This document shows positions 52,620 through 60,004 of a DNA stretch of 64,000 bases, one piece after another. Origin of the DNA: Solirubrobacterales bacterium (GTDB lineage: Bacteria; Actinomycetota; Thermoleophilia; Solirubrobacterales; 70-9). The translations under genes were made by a program, and so were the position numbers. A model generated the notes under the pieces. It searched no databases, had not been told where the DNA came from, and worked only from the letters and a program-made list of their open reading frames with translations. Every line of letters starts with the position of its first letter. The first letter of the stretch is position 1. The DNA is taken from positions 3,670 through 67,669 of the forward strand of contig JBOGZD010000001.1 in the NCBI GenBank assembly GCA_050697155.1, in the 5' to 3' direction.

Positions 52620-54563
52620 TCAGCCGACCACCGTGATGCCAACGGGACGCGACCGGCCCGCGCCCTTGACCTTGGCGCGGAAGTACACGTTTCCGGCGTC
52701 CCCCACCAGACGCGGGGTGACCTCGAAACGGCGCCGAGACACGCGATCGACCGTGAAGCGCTTCCAACGGCCGTCACGCCATCTGTGGATCACTGCCTTC
52801 GATCCGGCGCGGCGGGCGGCACGCGACGACTTGATCCTGCCGCTGAGCTCGACGTACCCGCCAGGCTGGATCGTGGACGTGCTGCTCTTGAACACGAGAC
52901 GCTTGCCGCTCCCACCGCCGCCGGGCTTGGATGTCGGGCCGGACAGCTTGACCTTGAACCCACGGCTGGCGGCGGTCTGGTCGACGTTGCCGGCGGCGTC
53001 ACGCGCGCGGACTGCGAAGTTGTGGGCGCCCGGCCCAAGGGCTGCGTAGCTGTGCGGGCTGGTGCAGGCTGTCCAAGCCGCCCCGTCCAGACGGCACTCG
53101 AAGCTGGACTCGGACTCCGAGGAGGCAAATCCGAACGTTGCGACATCGGTCGTGATCGTCCCCGACGGCCCCGAGGTGATCGTCGTCTCTGGCGGTGAAC
53201 TGTCGGCGGGCGGGTCCTCGGTGGGCGGATCCTCAGCCGGCGGGGGATCGGGAAGATCGACGACGAAGACGGCGCTCGCCGGAGACTGGTCGACGGTGCC
53301 GGCGGCGTCGGTCGCCCGAACCTCGAACGTGTGCTCGCCCGGTGCCAGCGCCGAGTAGGACTTGAGGCTCGTGCACGCTGCCCAAGTAGCGCCGTCGAGG
53401 CGGCATTCGAAGCTCGAGTCGGGCTCCGAGGAGGAGAAGCCGAAGCTGGCTGTATCAGTGGCGATCGTGCCCGAGGGGCCGGAGGTGATGGTCGTCTGCG
53501 GGGCCGTGGTGGCGGGTGGCTCCTCGGTCGGCGGCGGGCCGGTATCAGACAGCATTCGCCCGCAGCTCGAGTCCGGGTCGACGGTGTAGTCACCGCGCGC
53601 CGGATCGACGAAGCTCGGCTTCGCGACCACGTTCGAGGACGCCGTGAAACTCGCCTTCTCTATGCCGCTGTCGTCGGAGTCGCCTCGATACGAGCTGCCT
53701 GAGGTCCAGACACAGTTGTTGCGCGCGACGTTTCCGACGCCCCGTGGCCCCTGCCAGTGGTCCTCGATGTTGTACCGGATGGTCGAATTCACGATCACGT
53801 TGTTTTCGACCACGTTGTCGTCAGACGACGAGCTCGTGCCCCCGGAGAACAGGACGCCCTGGCCGTTGGCGTCGATGACGTTTCCGACGACGAGGCTGCC
53901 GTCCGCGTCCGGGTAGAGCTGGACCCCCCGGTCCGCGTTCGCGTAGATCCAGTTGCCACGGATCACGGTCCGGTCGGCGTGGGCGACGTAGATGCCGTGA
54001 TCGTGGTTGGTGGCGGGAAGCCTGCCGCAGTGGTGAATGCGGTTGCCCTCGATCAGGGTGCGGTCGGCGCGACCGTAGGAGCCATGACCGAGGTTGAAGC
54101 AGATCCCCGTGTGTGCGTTGGTGACGTCGTTACCGCGGAAGACCGTGTCGTGTGCGTGCACGGTCGGGCTGGGCATCCCGGTGGGGTTGCGGCCATCGAG
54201 GTCCAGGTTCTCGACCCTGACCCCGTCGGCTCCCGGGGCCACCCAGATCCGGCCGACGATCTTCGCGCGCTCGCCCGGGTAGCTCGTGAGCACGATCTCG
54301 CGCGTCGTGATCTTGATCAGGTCGTTGAGGGCGAATACGCCCGAGCGGAAGCATCCAGTCTGCCCCGGCGACAGCGACCCGGCGAGCTTGACGGCGCTTT
54401 GAAAGGGGGCCGCGGCGGCTCCTGTGGCACTGTCGGAGCCGGTCGGGGACGCATAGCGGTCACATGACACCGCGGCTGCCGTTTCCTGCGCGCGAACCGA
54501 GGCGGTCGCAAGACCGATGACGAGCAGGATTGCGATGAGCATCGACAGGCCGCGCCTTGACAT
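52620..54563 (-). CDS. Secreted beta-helix protein, paralog 3 (BH3), with two Ig-like repeats and a basic C-terminal domain
   Basis: GGAG lies 6 nt before the ATG. Signal peptide, a beta-helix core (HHCGRLPATNHDHGIYVAHADRTVIRGNWIYANADRGVQLYPDADGS), two ~80-aa repeats, and an Arg/Lys-rich C-terminal ~95 aa. Confidence 0.75.
   Translation of the reverse strand: MSRRGLSMLIAILLVIGLATASVRAQETAAAVSCDRYASPTGSDSATGAAAAPFQSAVKLAGSLSPGQTGCFRSGVFALNDLIKITTREIVLTSYPGERAKIVGRIWVAPGADGVRVENLDLDGRNPTGMPSPTVHAHDTVFRGNDVTNAHTGICFNLGHGSYGRADRTLIEGNRIHHCGRLPATNHDHGIYVAHADRTVIRGNWIYANADRGVQLYPDADGSLVVGNVIDANGQGVLFSGGTSSSSDDNVVENNVIVNSTIRYNIEDHWQGPRGVGNVARNNCVWTSGSSYRGDSDDSGIEKASFTASSNVVAKPSFVDPARGDYTVDPDSSCGRMLSDTGPPPTEEPPATTAPQTTITSGPSGTIATDTASFGFSSSEPDSSFECRLDGATWAACTSLKSYSALAPGEHTFEVRATDAAGTVDQSPASAVFVVDLPDPPPAEDPPTEDPPADSSPPETTITSGPSGTITTDVATFGFASSESESSFECRLDGAAWTACTSPHSYAALGPGAHNFAVRARDAAGNVDQTAASRGFKVKLSGPTSKPGGGGSGKRLVFKSSTSTIQPGGYVELSGRIKSSRAARRAGSKAVIHRWRDGRWKRFTVDRVSRRRFEVTPRLVGDAGNVYFRAKVKGAGRSRPVGITVVG
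52947..53495 (-). repeat. Tandem duplication encoding two Ig-like modules within BH3
   Basis: Residues 357-436 (53256..53495) and 460-539 (52947..53186) are TTITSGPSGTIxTDxAxFGFxSSExxSSFECRLDGAxWxACTSxxSYxALxPGxHxFxVRAxDAAGxVDQ. They are separated by a Pro/Asp/Glu linker. Confidence 0.8.
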
Positions 54564-54574
54564 CCGGGTCTCCT

Positions 54575-54652
54575 TTGGTGGCTGAGCCGTCTCGCGAACG
54601 AGACCTCTGGCTTTGCGTCCCCACCTCGCGGCGGGTTTGCCTTTTCAATGGA
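54575..54652 (-). promoter_or_regulatory. c-di-GMP-I (GEMM-I) riboswitch candidate
   Basis: The minus-strand RNA is UUGAAAAGGCAAACCCGCCGCGAGGUGGGGACGCAAAGCCAGAGGUCUCGUUCGCGAGACGGCUCAGCCACC. GGCAAACC, a 6-bp stem with a GNRA loop (GCGA), GGGACGCAAAGCC and a bulged second hairpin parallel the Vc2 aptamer order. The SD AAGGAG follows immediately. Confidence 0.7.
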
Positions 54653-54858
54653 GCCCGATGAACGGGGCCCCTCTTGTCGCGAGTCCTATCGGGCCGCTCG
54701 CGCGCGGCGGTGAGCTCGGGTCGCCGCGCTGGACGTTGGTTTGATGCAGGAATTCGCCCAGAACCTGCAGCGAAACCACCCACAACCTGCAACCGCGCGG
54801 TTGTCGCGCGGCGCAGCCGGGCCGGGTAACCGGCGGCCCGATAGCGACCTGGTGGCGG

Positions 54859-56118
54859 TCAGCGCCTGACCTTGACCCGCACCGGCCGCGAGCGGCCGAT
54901 GCCCGGCACCTTCGCGCGTAGGCGGAGCCTGCCGGCCGACGAGCGCGCGCGCTTGCGGATCGTGAACCTGTTGCGCGTGTTGACCCGAGCGCGCGCGAAG
55001 CGCTTCCATCGGCCTCGCTCGCGCACCTGGATCACGGCCCGCCTGCCGCCTCCCGAGACGGCGCCCTCGAGCTCGCCCCGCAGCCTGAAGCGCTGCTGCG
55101 GTTGGACCCGGCGGCGATTCGCCGAGAGCTTGACCTGAGCACGCGACGGTGCCCCGCCGAGACAGGGACTGCTCGCCTGGAGGTTGTAATCGGGCTTCGA
55201 GGCGTCGACGTAGTACGGGTCCGCGACCCGGTTGTCGACCGCGACGAATCCGTCCTGCGGCGATTCGATCCCGCCGTCGCCATCGTCGCGAGCACCGCCC
55301 GAGACGCAGTTGGCACGCGCCACGTTGCCGTAACCGGATTCACCCTGCCAGTGGGACTCGATGTTGTAGCGGATGGTCGAGTTCGTGATCACGTTCTTCT
55401 CGACCACGTTGTTGTCAGACGCGGAGTCGTCGCCGCCGGCGAAGAGCACCCCCTGGCCGTTGCCGTCGATCACGTTGCCGGTCACCAGCGATCCGTCGGC
55501 GTCGGGGTAGAACTGGATGCCGCGATCGGCGTTGCCGTAGATCCAGTTGCCTCGGATCACCGTGTTACGCGCCTCGGCGAGGTAGATCCCGTGGTCATGG
55601 TTGGTCGCCGGCAGGTCGCCACAATCGTGGATTCGGTTGCCCTCGATGAGCACGCCGTCCGGAGGCGGGGAATCCTCGTAGGCGTCGACGTGCACGCAGA
55701 TCGCGGTGTGGTGGTTGGTGATGTCGTTGTTTCGCAGGACCACCCGGTCGGCGTAGATGATCGGACCGAGCAGGCCCTCCGGGTTGCGGCCGTCGAGGTT
55801 CAGGTTCTCGATCACGGCGTCGTCGGCCGTCTCGTTGAGCCGGAGCCGGCCCTGGAGCGTCGCGAGCTCGCCCGGATAGGACGTGAGCCGGATCGCCGAG
55901 GTGTTCACGATGAACTGGTCCGCGACGTAGGTTCCGGCGCGCACACACCCGGTCTGTCCGGGGGCAAGGTCGTCCAGCAGCTCCTGGACGCTGTCGCCCG
56001 AGGTCGCCACCAGGTCGCAACCGGCGTCCTGCCCAAGCGCGCCGGCGGGTGCCATCCCACCCGCCGCGAGCGCGAGCGCAACAGTCGCGACCAATACCGA
56101 CATGTGCCTGAACGGCAC
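54859..56118 (-). CDS. Secreted beta-helix protein, paralog 4 (BH4), with basic C-terminal domain
   Basis: GTG at 56118 lies 6 nt after AAGGAGA (alternative ATG at 56103). Signal peptide, core HDCGDLPATNHDHGIYLAEARNTVIRGNWIYGNADRGIQFYPDADGS. The C-terminus is homologous to that of BH3 (GRWKRF ... LRAKVPGIGRSRPV). Confidence 0.7.
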   Translation of the reverse strand: MPFRHMSVLVATVALALAAGGMAPAGALGQDAGCDLVATSGDSVQELLDDLAPGQTGCVRAGTYVADQFIVNTSAIRLTSYPGELATLQGRLRLNETADDAVIENLNLDGRNPEGLLGPIIYADRVVLRNNDITNHHTAICVHVDAYEDSPPPDGVLIEGNRIHDCGDLPATNHDHGIYLAEARNTVIRGNWIYGNADRGIQFYPDADGSLVTGNVIDGNGQGVLFAGGDDSASDNNVVEKNVITNSTIRYNIESHWQGESGYGNVARANCVSGGARDDGDGGIESPQDGFVAVDNRVADPYYVDASKPDYNLQASSPCLGGAPSRAQVKLSANRRRVQPQQRFRLRGELEGAVSGGGRRAVIQVRERGRWKRFARARVNTRNRFTIRKRARSSAGRLRLRAKVPGIGRSRPVRVKVRR

Positions 56119-56364
56119 GCGCGTCTCCTTTCGCCTCCGGTGCCCGTTGGAGGCGGTATCGGCGCCGGTTCGCGATCGCGCCGTGGGCCGCGGGCCGGTC
56201 GGACGGATGTCGTAGTGCAACGCCTGGACTCCCCTGGGGCTCACGCGGCACGCGTCCCGTCCGTGGGCCACGCTCCGCTGTCCAACGAGTGCGACGGCGC
56301 ATCCGGCGACCGTCTAAGGGAGAGTTTCTACCGCAAAACGGTTAGCCGTCTTGCAGTAGGTCTG

Positions 56365-57576
56365 TCACGCAAGCCGTGTCGCGGCGGTCTCCTCGAGCAG
56401 ATCCGCCATCCGCGCGGCCTGGTCCTCGCGTAGATGCGCTGCCGCGAAGTCGCGCCCGCGCGCGGCGAGCTCGCCGGCCAGCGCGCGGTCGTCGCGTAGC
56501 TCGCGTACCGCCGCGGCCAGCGCAGTCGGGTCGCCATGGGGTACCGCAATGCCGACTTCGGCCGCCTCGATGACACGCCGCAACTCGCCCTGGCAGGCAG
56601 CGATCACCGGACGCCCCACCGCGCAGTAGTCATAGAGCTTCGAGGGCACCGTCCACTCTTGGCGCTCGGAGACGAGCAGGGCGTCGGCCGCCCGCAGATG
56701 CCGCGCGACCTCGGATGGCGGCATGAGCTTGCGCAGCTCGACGGCCCCGGGCCGGGCCGTCGAGGCGAGGCGCTCGACGTCTGCCCGCCGCGGTCCCTCG
56801 CCGATGATGAGGAGGGTCGCCCCATCGCCGAGGCGGCCGGCGGCATCGATCGCGACCTCGAGCCCGTGCGCGAGTCCGATGTTGCCGGCGTACGCCCAGA
56901 TGAACCGCTGCTCGGGGAGACCGAGCGTGGTGCGCTCGGGTGGGGTCTCGCCGGCTGCCAGCCATTCGCGGGTGGTGCCGTTGCTGATCACCTCGATCCT
57001 GCTTCCGGCCGGGGACCGCTCGGCGACGTGGCGGCGGAACGCGTCGTTGACCGTCACCGTTGCGGCTGCCCTGCGGTAGAGGCCCCGCTCCAGGCGCTCG
57101 GCCAGGGCGATCACGCGCCGGTTCGACAGCTCGCCGAGGGCGACCGCCGACCCCGGCCAAGGATCGCGCACGTCGAGCACCCAGGGTGCCCGGTGGCGGC
57201 GGGCGAGCACTGCCCCCGCCGCCCCGACGGGCAGGGGCGGCGAGCTGGCGAGGATGACGTCGGGGCGTGCCAGCAGCGACCCTGCCGCCGACGCCATCGC
57301 GGCGTACGTACCGTAGAAGCCGAGCCGCGTCGCGAGGGTCTTGCGCGGGCGCGCGAAGACCCAGACGTACCGCACCAACGCGCCGTCGACCTCGCGCCTG
57401 ATCACCGCCGCGCCGCGATACCCCGGTTCGATCACGCCCCGGGGATGGTTGGGCACGGCGCAGAGCACTTCGACGTCATGCCCGCGTCGAACGAGCTCCC
57501 CGACGAACGGCTCGAGCCGAAACCTGGCAGCGGTCACCTCGGGGGCGAAGTGCTGGGTCAGGATCAGCGCTCTCAT
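56365..57576 (-). CDS. GT4-family glycosyltransferase (WbuB-like)
   Basis: MRALILTQHFAPEVTAARFRLEPFVGELVRRGHDVEVL start. C-terminal nucleotide-sugar binding half. Confidence 0.75.
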   Translation of the reverse strand: MRALILTQHFAPEVTAARFRLEPFVGELVRRGHDVEVLCAVPNHPRGVIEPGYRGAAVIRREVDGALVRYVWVFARPRKTLATRLGFYGTYAAMASAAGSLLARPDVILASSPPLPVGAAGAVLARRHRAPWVLDVRDPWPGSAVALGELSNRRVIALAERLERGLYRRAAATVTVNDAFRRHVAERSPAGSRIEVISNGTTREWLAAGETPPERTTLGLPEQRFIWAYAGNIGLAHGLEVAIDAAGRLGDGATLLIIGEGPRRADVERLASTARPGAVELRKLMPPSEVARHLRAADALLVSERQEWTVPSKLYDYCAVGRPVIAACQGELRRVIEAAEVGIAVPHGDPTALAAAVRELRDDRALAGELAARGRDFAAAHLREDQAARMADLLEETAATRLA

Positions 57577-57595
57577 CCGGCCGGGCGAGGCTTCA

Positions 57596-58573
57596 GTGAC
57601 CGGCGCCGCGCTGTCGGAGGACGCCCAGCACGCGGCGGGATTCTACGTTGCTACCGTGGCGCCGCGAGTGGTGGGCGCGGATCGATCCGAGGGGCAGAGG
57701 CCGATCGTCATCGTCGGGACCGGTCGTTGCGGCTCGACCCTCTTGCACCGGGTGCTCGCCCGCCACGACGATCTCGGCTGGATCTCGAGTTGGAACGAGG
57801 TGTTTCCGGGCCAGCCGTGGCTCGCCGCCTTCTCCCGTCTCTACGAGTGGCGTCTCCCTGCTGGGGTCAAGGAGTCGAAGCCCTTTCCGAAGCCGTTCGA
57901 GGCATATCGGTTCTGGGAGCACTACCTCCCCGGGTTCTCGCGGCGCGATCGACCGCCCAGCGCCGAGGATGTCGACGTGGCGGGGATCGGACCCGTCCGC
58001 GACGCCACGGCAACTGTCCTCGACCATCACGGCCGCGATCGGTTGCTGGTGAAGGTGACGGGTTGGTCGCGCATCGCGTATTTCGACCGCATCTACCCGG
58101 ATGCCCGGTTCGTGTCGCTGCGGCGCGACCCACGTTCGGTCGTCAGCTCGTGGATCAAGGCGGGTTGGCTCGACGTCACGAGCCCCCCCGAGAGCGCGAG
58201 CTGGCAGTGGGGCCACGTTCCGCCGCCCTACCTCGAGCTCTGGCGCGAGCTCGGCGGCGGTCCCGCGCTCTCGGTTGCGCTCAAGATCCGGCTCGATCTC
58301 GACGACCTCGCCCGGAACGCGGCGCTTTTTCCCGACCGCTGCCACGAGCTTCGGTACGAGGAGCTGATCGAACAGCCGCGGCTGAGCCTGCGAGCGCTGT
58401 GTGACTTCGCCGGACTGCCGTGGACACGGTCGTTCGCCGACGTCATCGGCTCGGTCGGGTTCCACGACCGATCCGAGAAGTGGCAGCGATACCTCGGCAC
58501 CGACGACGCGAAGCGCGTGCTCGCGTTCATCCGGCGAAGCGAAGCCGTGGGGGTCACCGACCGCGTGCGCTGA
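57596..58573 (+). CDS. PAPS-dependent sulfotransferase (Sulfotransfer_3-like)
   Basis: 5'-PSB IVIVGTGRCGSTLLHRVL and 3'-PB FVSLRRDPRSVVSSW. The start is uncertain: GTG at 57596 is the first in-frame start clear of the divergent GT4. Confidence 0.7.
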   Translation: MTGAALSEDAQHAAGFYVATVAPRVVGADRSEGQRPIVIVGTGRCGSTLLHRVLARHDDLGWISSWNEVFPGQPWLAAFSRLYEWRLPAGVKESKPFPKPFEAYRFWEHYLPGFSRRDRPPSAEDVDVAGIGPVRDATATVLDHHGRDRLLVKVTGWSRIAYFDRIYPDARFVSLRRDPRSVVSSWIKAGWLDVTSPPESASWQWGHVPPPYLELWRELGGGPALSVALKIRLDLDDLARNAALFPDRCHELRYEELIEQPRLSLRALCDFAGLPWTRSFADVIGSVGFHDRSEKWQRYLGTDDAKRVLAFIRRSEAVGVTDRVR

Positions 58574-58603
58574 GCGTCGTCGGTTCGGCCGAGGATTCCG
58601 ACG

Positions 58604-59608
58604 ATGGCATCCGTACACCTGCTCTCCGCGGCGCGCGAGGGAGCCGGAGCGCACCCCAAGGCACGCTTGGATCTCGAGCAGATGCGGGCCGCGGCCCGCG
58701 CCGACCGACTGGGCCTCCACGACGTCGTCGAGGACCCGCGCAGGGCCGACCTGATCCTGTTCGTTGAGACGTCGGTGGCCGCCGGGCACTACTTCGAGCT
58801 CGTCAGGGCTCACCCCATCTATCGGGAGTTCACATCGAAGAGCTATCTGTTCTCCGCGACCGACAAGGTGATCCCGTTCCTGCCCGGCGTCTACGCATCG
58901 ATCGAACGACGCTGGTACTGGCCGTCCTGGACGCGGTCGGGTCACTACGTCGGGGTCAAGGAGGAGGGCGCCCTGCGGTACGACCCCGACCATCGCCCCT
59001 CGCGGCTGTTCTCGTTCGTCGGCAGGGCCAACATGCACCGGGTACGCGAGCGCATCATGCGGCTGCGCCACCCTGACGCGATCCTGATCGACACCCAGGC
59101 GGAAGCGCTCGCGGACCGGCAAGGGGAATCCCTCCCGCTGCCCCCCGAGGAGTTCGTCGCGCGCTATGTGCGTGCGATCAACGACTGCGCCTTCGTGCTC
59201 TGTCCGCGAGGCGGAGGCGCCGCGAGCTTCAGGCTGTTCGAGACGATGATGCTCGGCCGCGTCCCGGTGATCATCTCGGACCAGTGGGTTCCGCCGGTCG
59301 GCCCCGACTGGGATCGCGTCAGCGTCCGGGTCGGCGAACGGCGCATCGAGGAGATCCCGCGACTGCTGGAGGCGCACGCTGCGGACGCCCGGGCAATGGG
59401 CGAGGCGGCACGAGCGACGTGGCTGGAGTGGTTCGCCCCGGACACCTCCTTCCACCGCATCGTGGACTGGTGCCTCGAGCTGGCGCGCTCAGCGCCGCGG
59501 CGGAGCGGGGTGCGCCGGTACGCACCCCACCTGCAGATGCTCCGCCCCTATCACTCGGCCCGCTGGGTCGCCAAGCGGATCGGGCGCGGCGGCCCGGCCG
59601 CGCTCTAG
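58604..59608 (+). CDS. Exostosin-family (GT47-like) glycosyltransferase
   Basis: RLFSFVGRANMHRVRERI ... CAFVLCPRGGGAASFRLFETMMLGRVPVIISDQWVPP, the exostosin C-terminal signature. Confidence 0.7.
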   Translation: MASVHLLSAAREGAGAHPKARLDLEQMRAAARADRLGLHDVVEDPRRADLILFVETSVAAGHYFELVRAHPIYREFTSKSYLFSATDKVIPFLPGVYASIERRWYWPSWTRSGHYVGVKEEGALRYDPDHRPSRLFSFVGRANMHRVRERIMRLRHPDAILIDTQAEALADRQGESLPLPPEEFVARYVRAINDCAFVLCPRGGGAASFRLFETMMLGRVPVIISDQWVPPVGPDWDRVSVRVGERRIEEIPRLLEAHAADARAMGEAARATWLEWFAPDTSFHRIVDWCLELARSAPRRSGVRRYAPHLQMLRPYHSARWVAKRIGRGGPAAL

Positions 59609-59877
59609 GGCGCCTCGGTCCCGCCGCTGCCGTCGGTCTCGGTGACCGTCTCGGTGGTCGTCGTGGTCGTCGGAACCGTGGTCTCGGTCGCCGTCGTGGT
59701 CGGGGTCGTCGTCGGCGCCGTGGTCGTCGTCGTCGGAGCGGTCGTCGGCAGGCTCGTCTGCGCGGCCGTCGTCTGTTCGTCGTCGCCGGAGTCGGCGGCG
59801 ACGACCGCGAGCGCGACCCCGAGTCCGATCACCGCCGCGACCAGGATCGCGACCAGGGTCTTCATCGCCCCGCTCAT
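59605..59877 (-). CDS. Membrane-anchored Thr/Pro-rich (mucin-like) small protein
   Basis: MSGAMKTLVAILVAAVIGLGVALAVVAA TM, then TTAAQTSLPTTAPTTTTTAPTTTPTTTATETTVPTTTTTTETVTETDGSGG. The start (59877 or 59865) is uncertain. Confidence 0.5.
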   Translation of the reverse strand: MSGAMKTLVAILVAAVIGLGVALAVVAADSGDDEQTTAAQTSLPTTAPTTTTTAPTTTPTTTATETTVPTTTTTTETVTETDGSGGTEAP

Positions 59878-60004
59878 CCCCGGTCGCGGGGGTTCCCGCG
59901 GCGGCGGCGCGGCGCCCGGCGGCGGCCCCGGGGCGTCCATCCGCCTGGTCGGATCCTCGTGCACGGGCGCGAGTCTAGACCCGCGATCGGACCGCCCCAG
60001 CGGC

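Noticed and set aside
56119-56364. c-di-GMP-II riboswitch in the BH4 leader
   Set aside because: The words UGCAC and CCGACC are present, but spacing and context do not fit the class II consensus as I remember it. It is kept only as an unclassified structured leader.
59640-59770. Low-complexity gtcgtcgtggtc tract as a noncoding microsatellite
   Set aside because: It is the antisense of the Thr-rich coding region of 59605..59877 and is imperfect. I treat it as coding low complexity.
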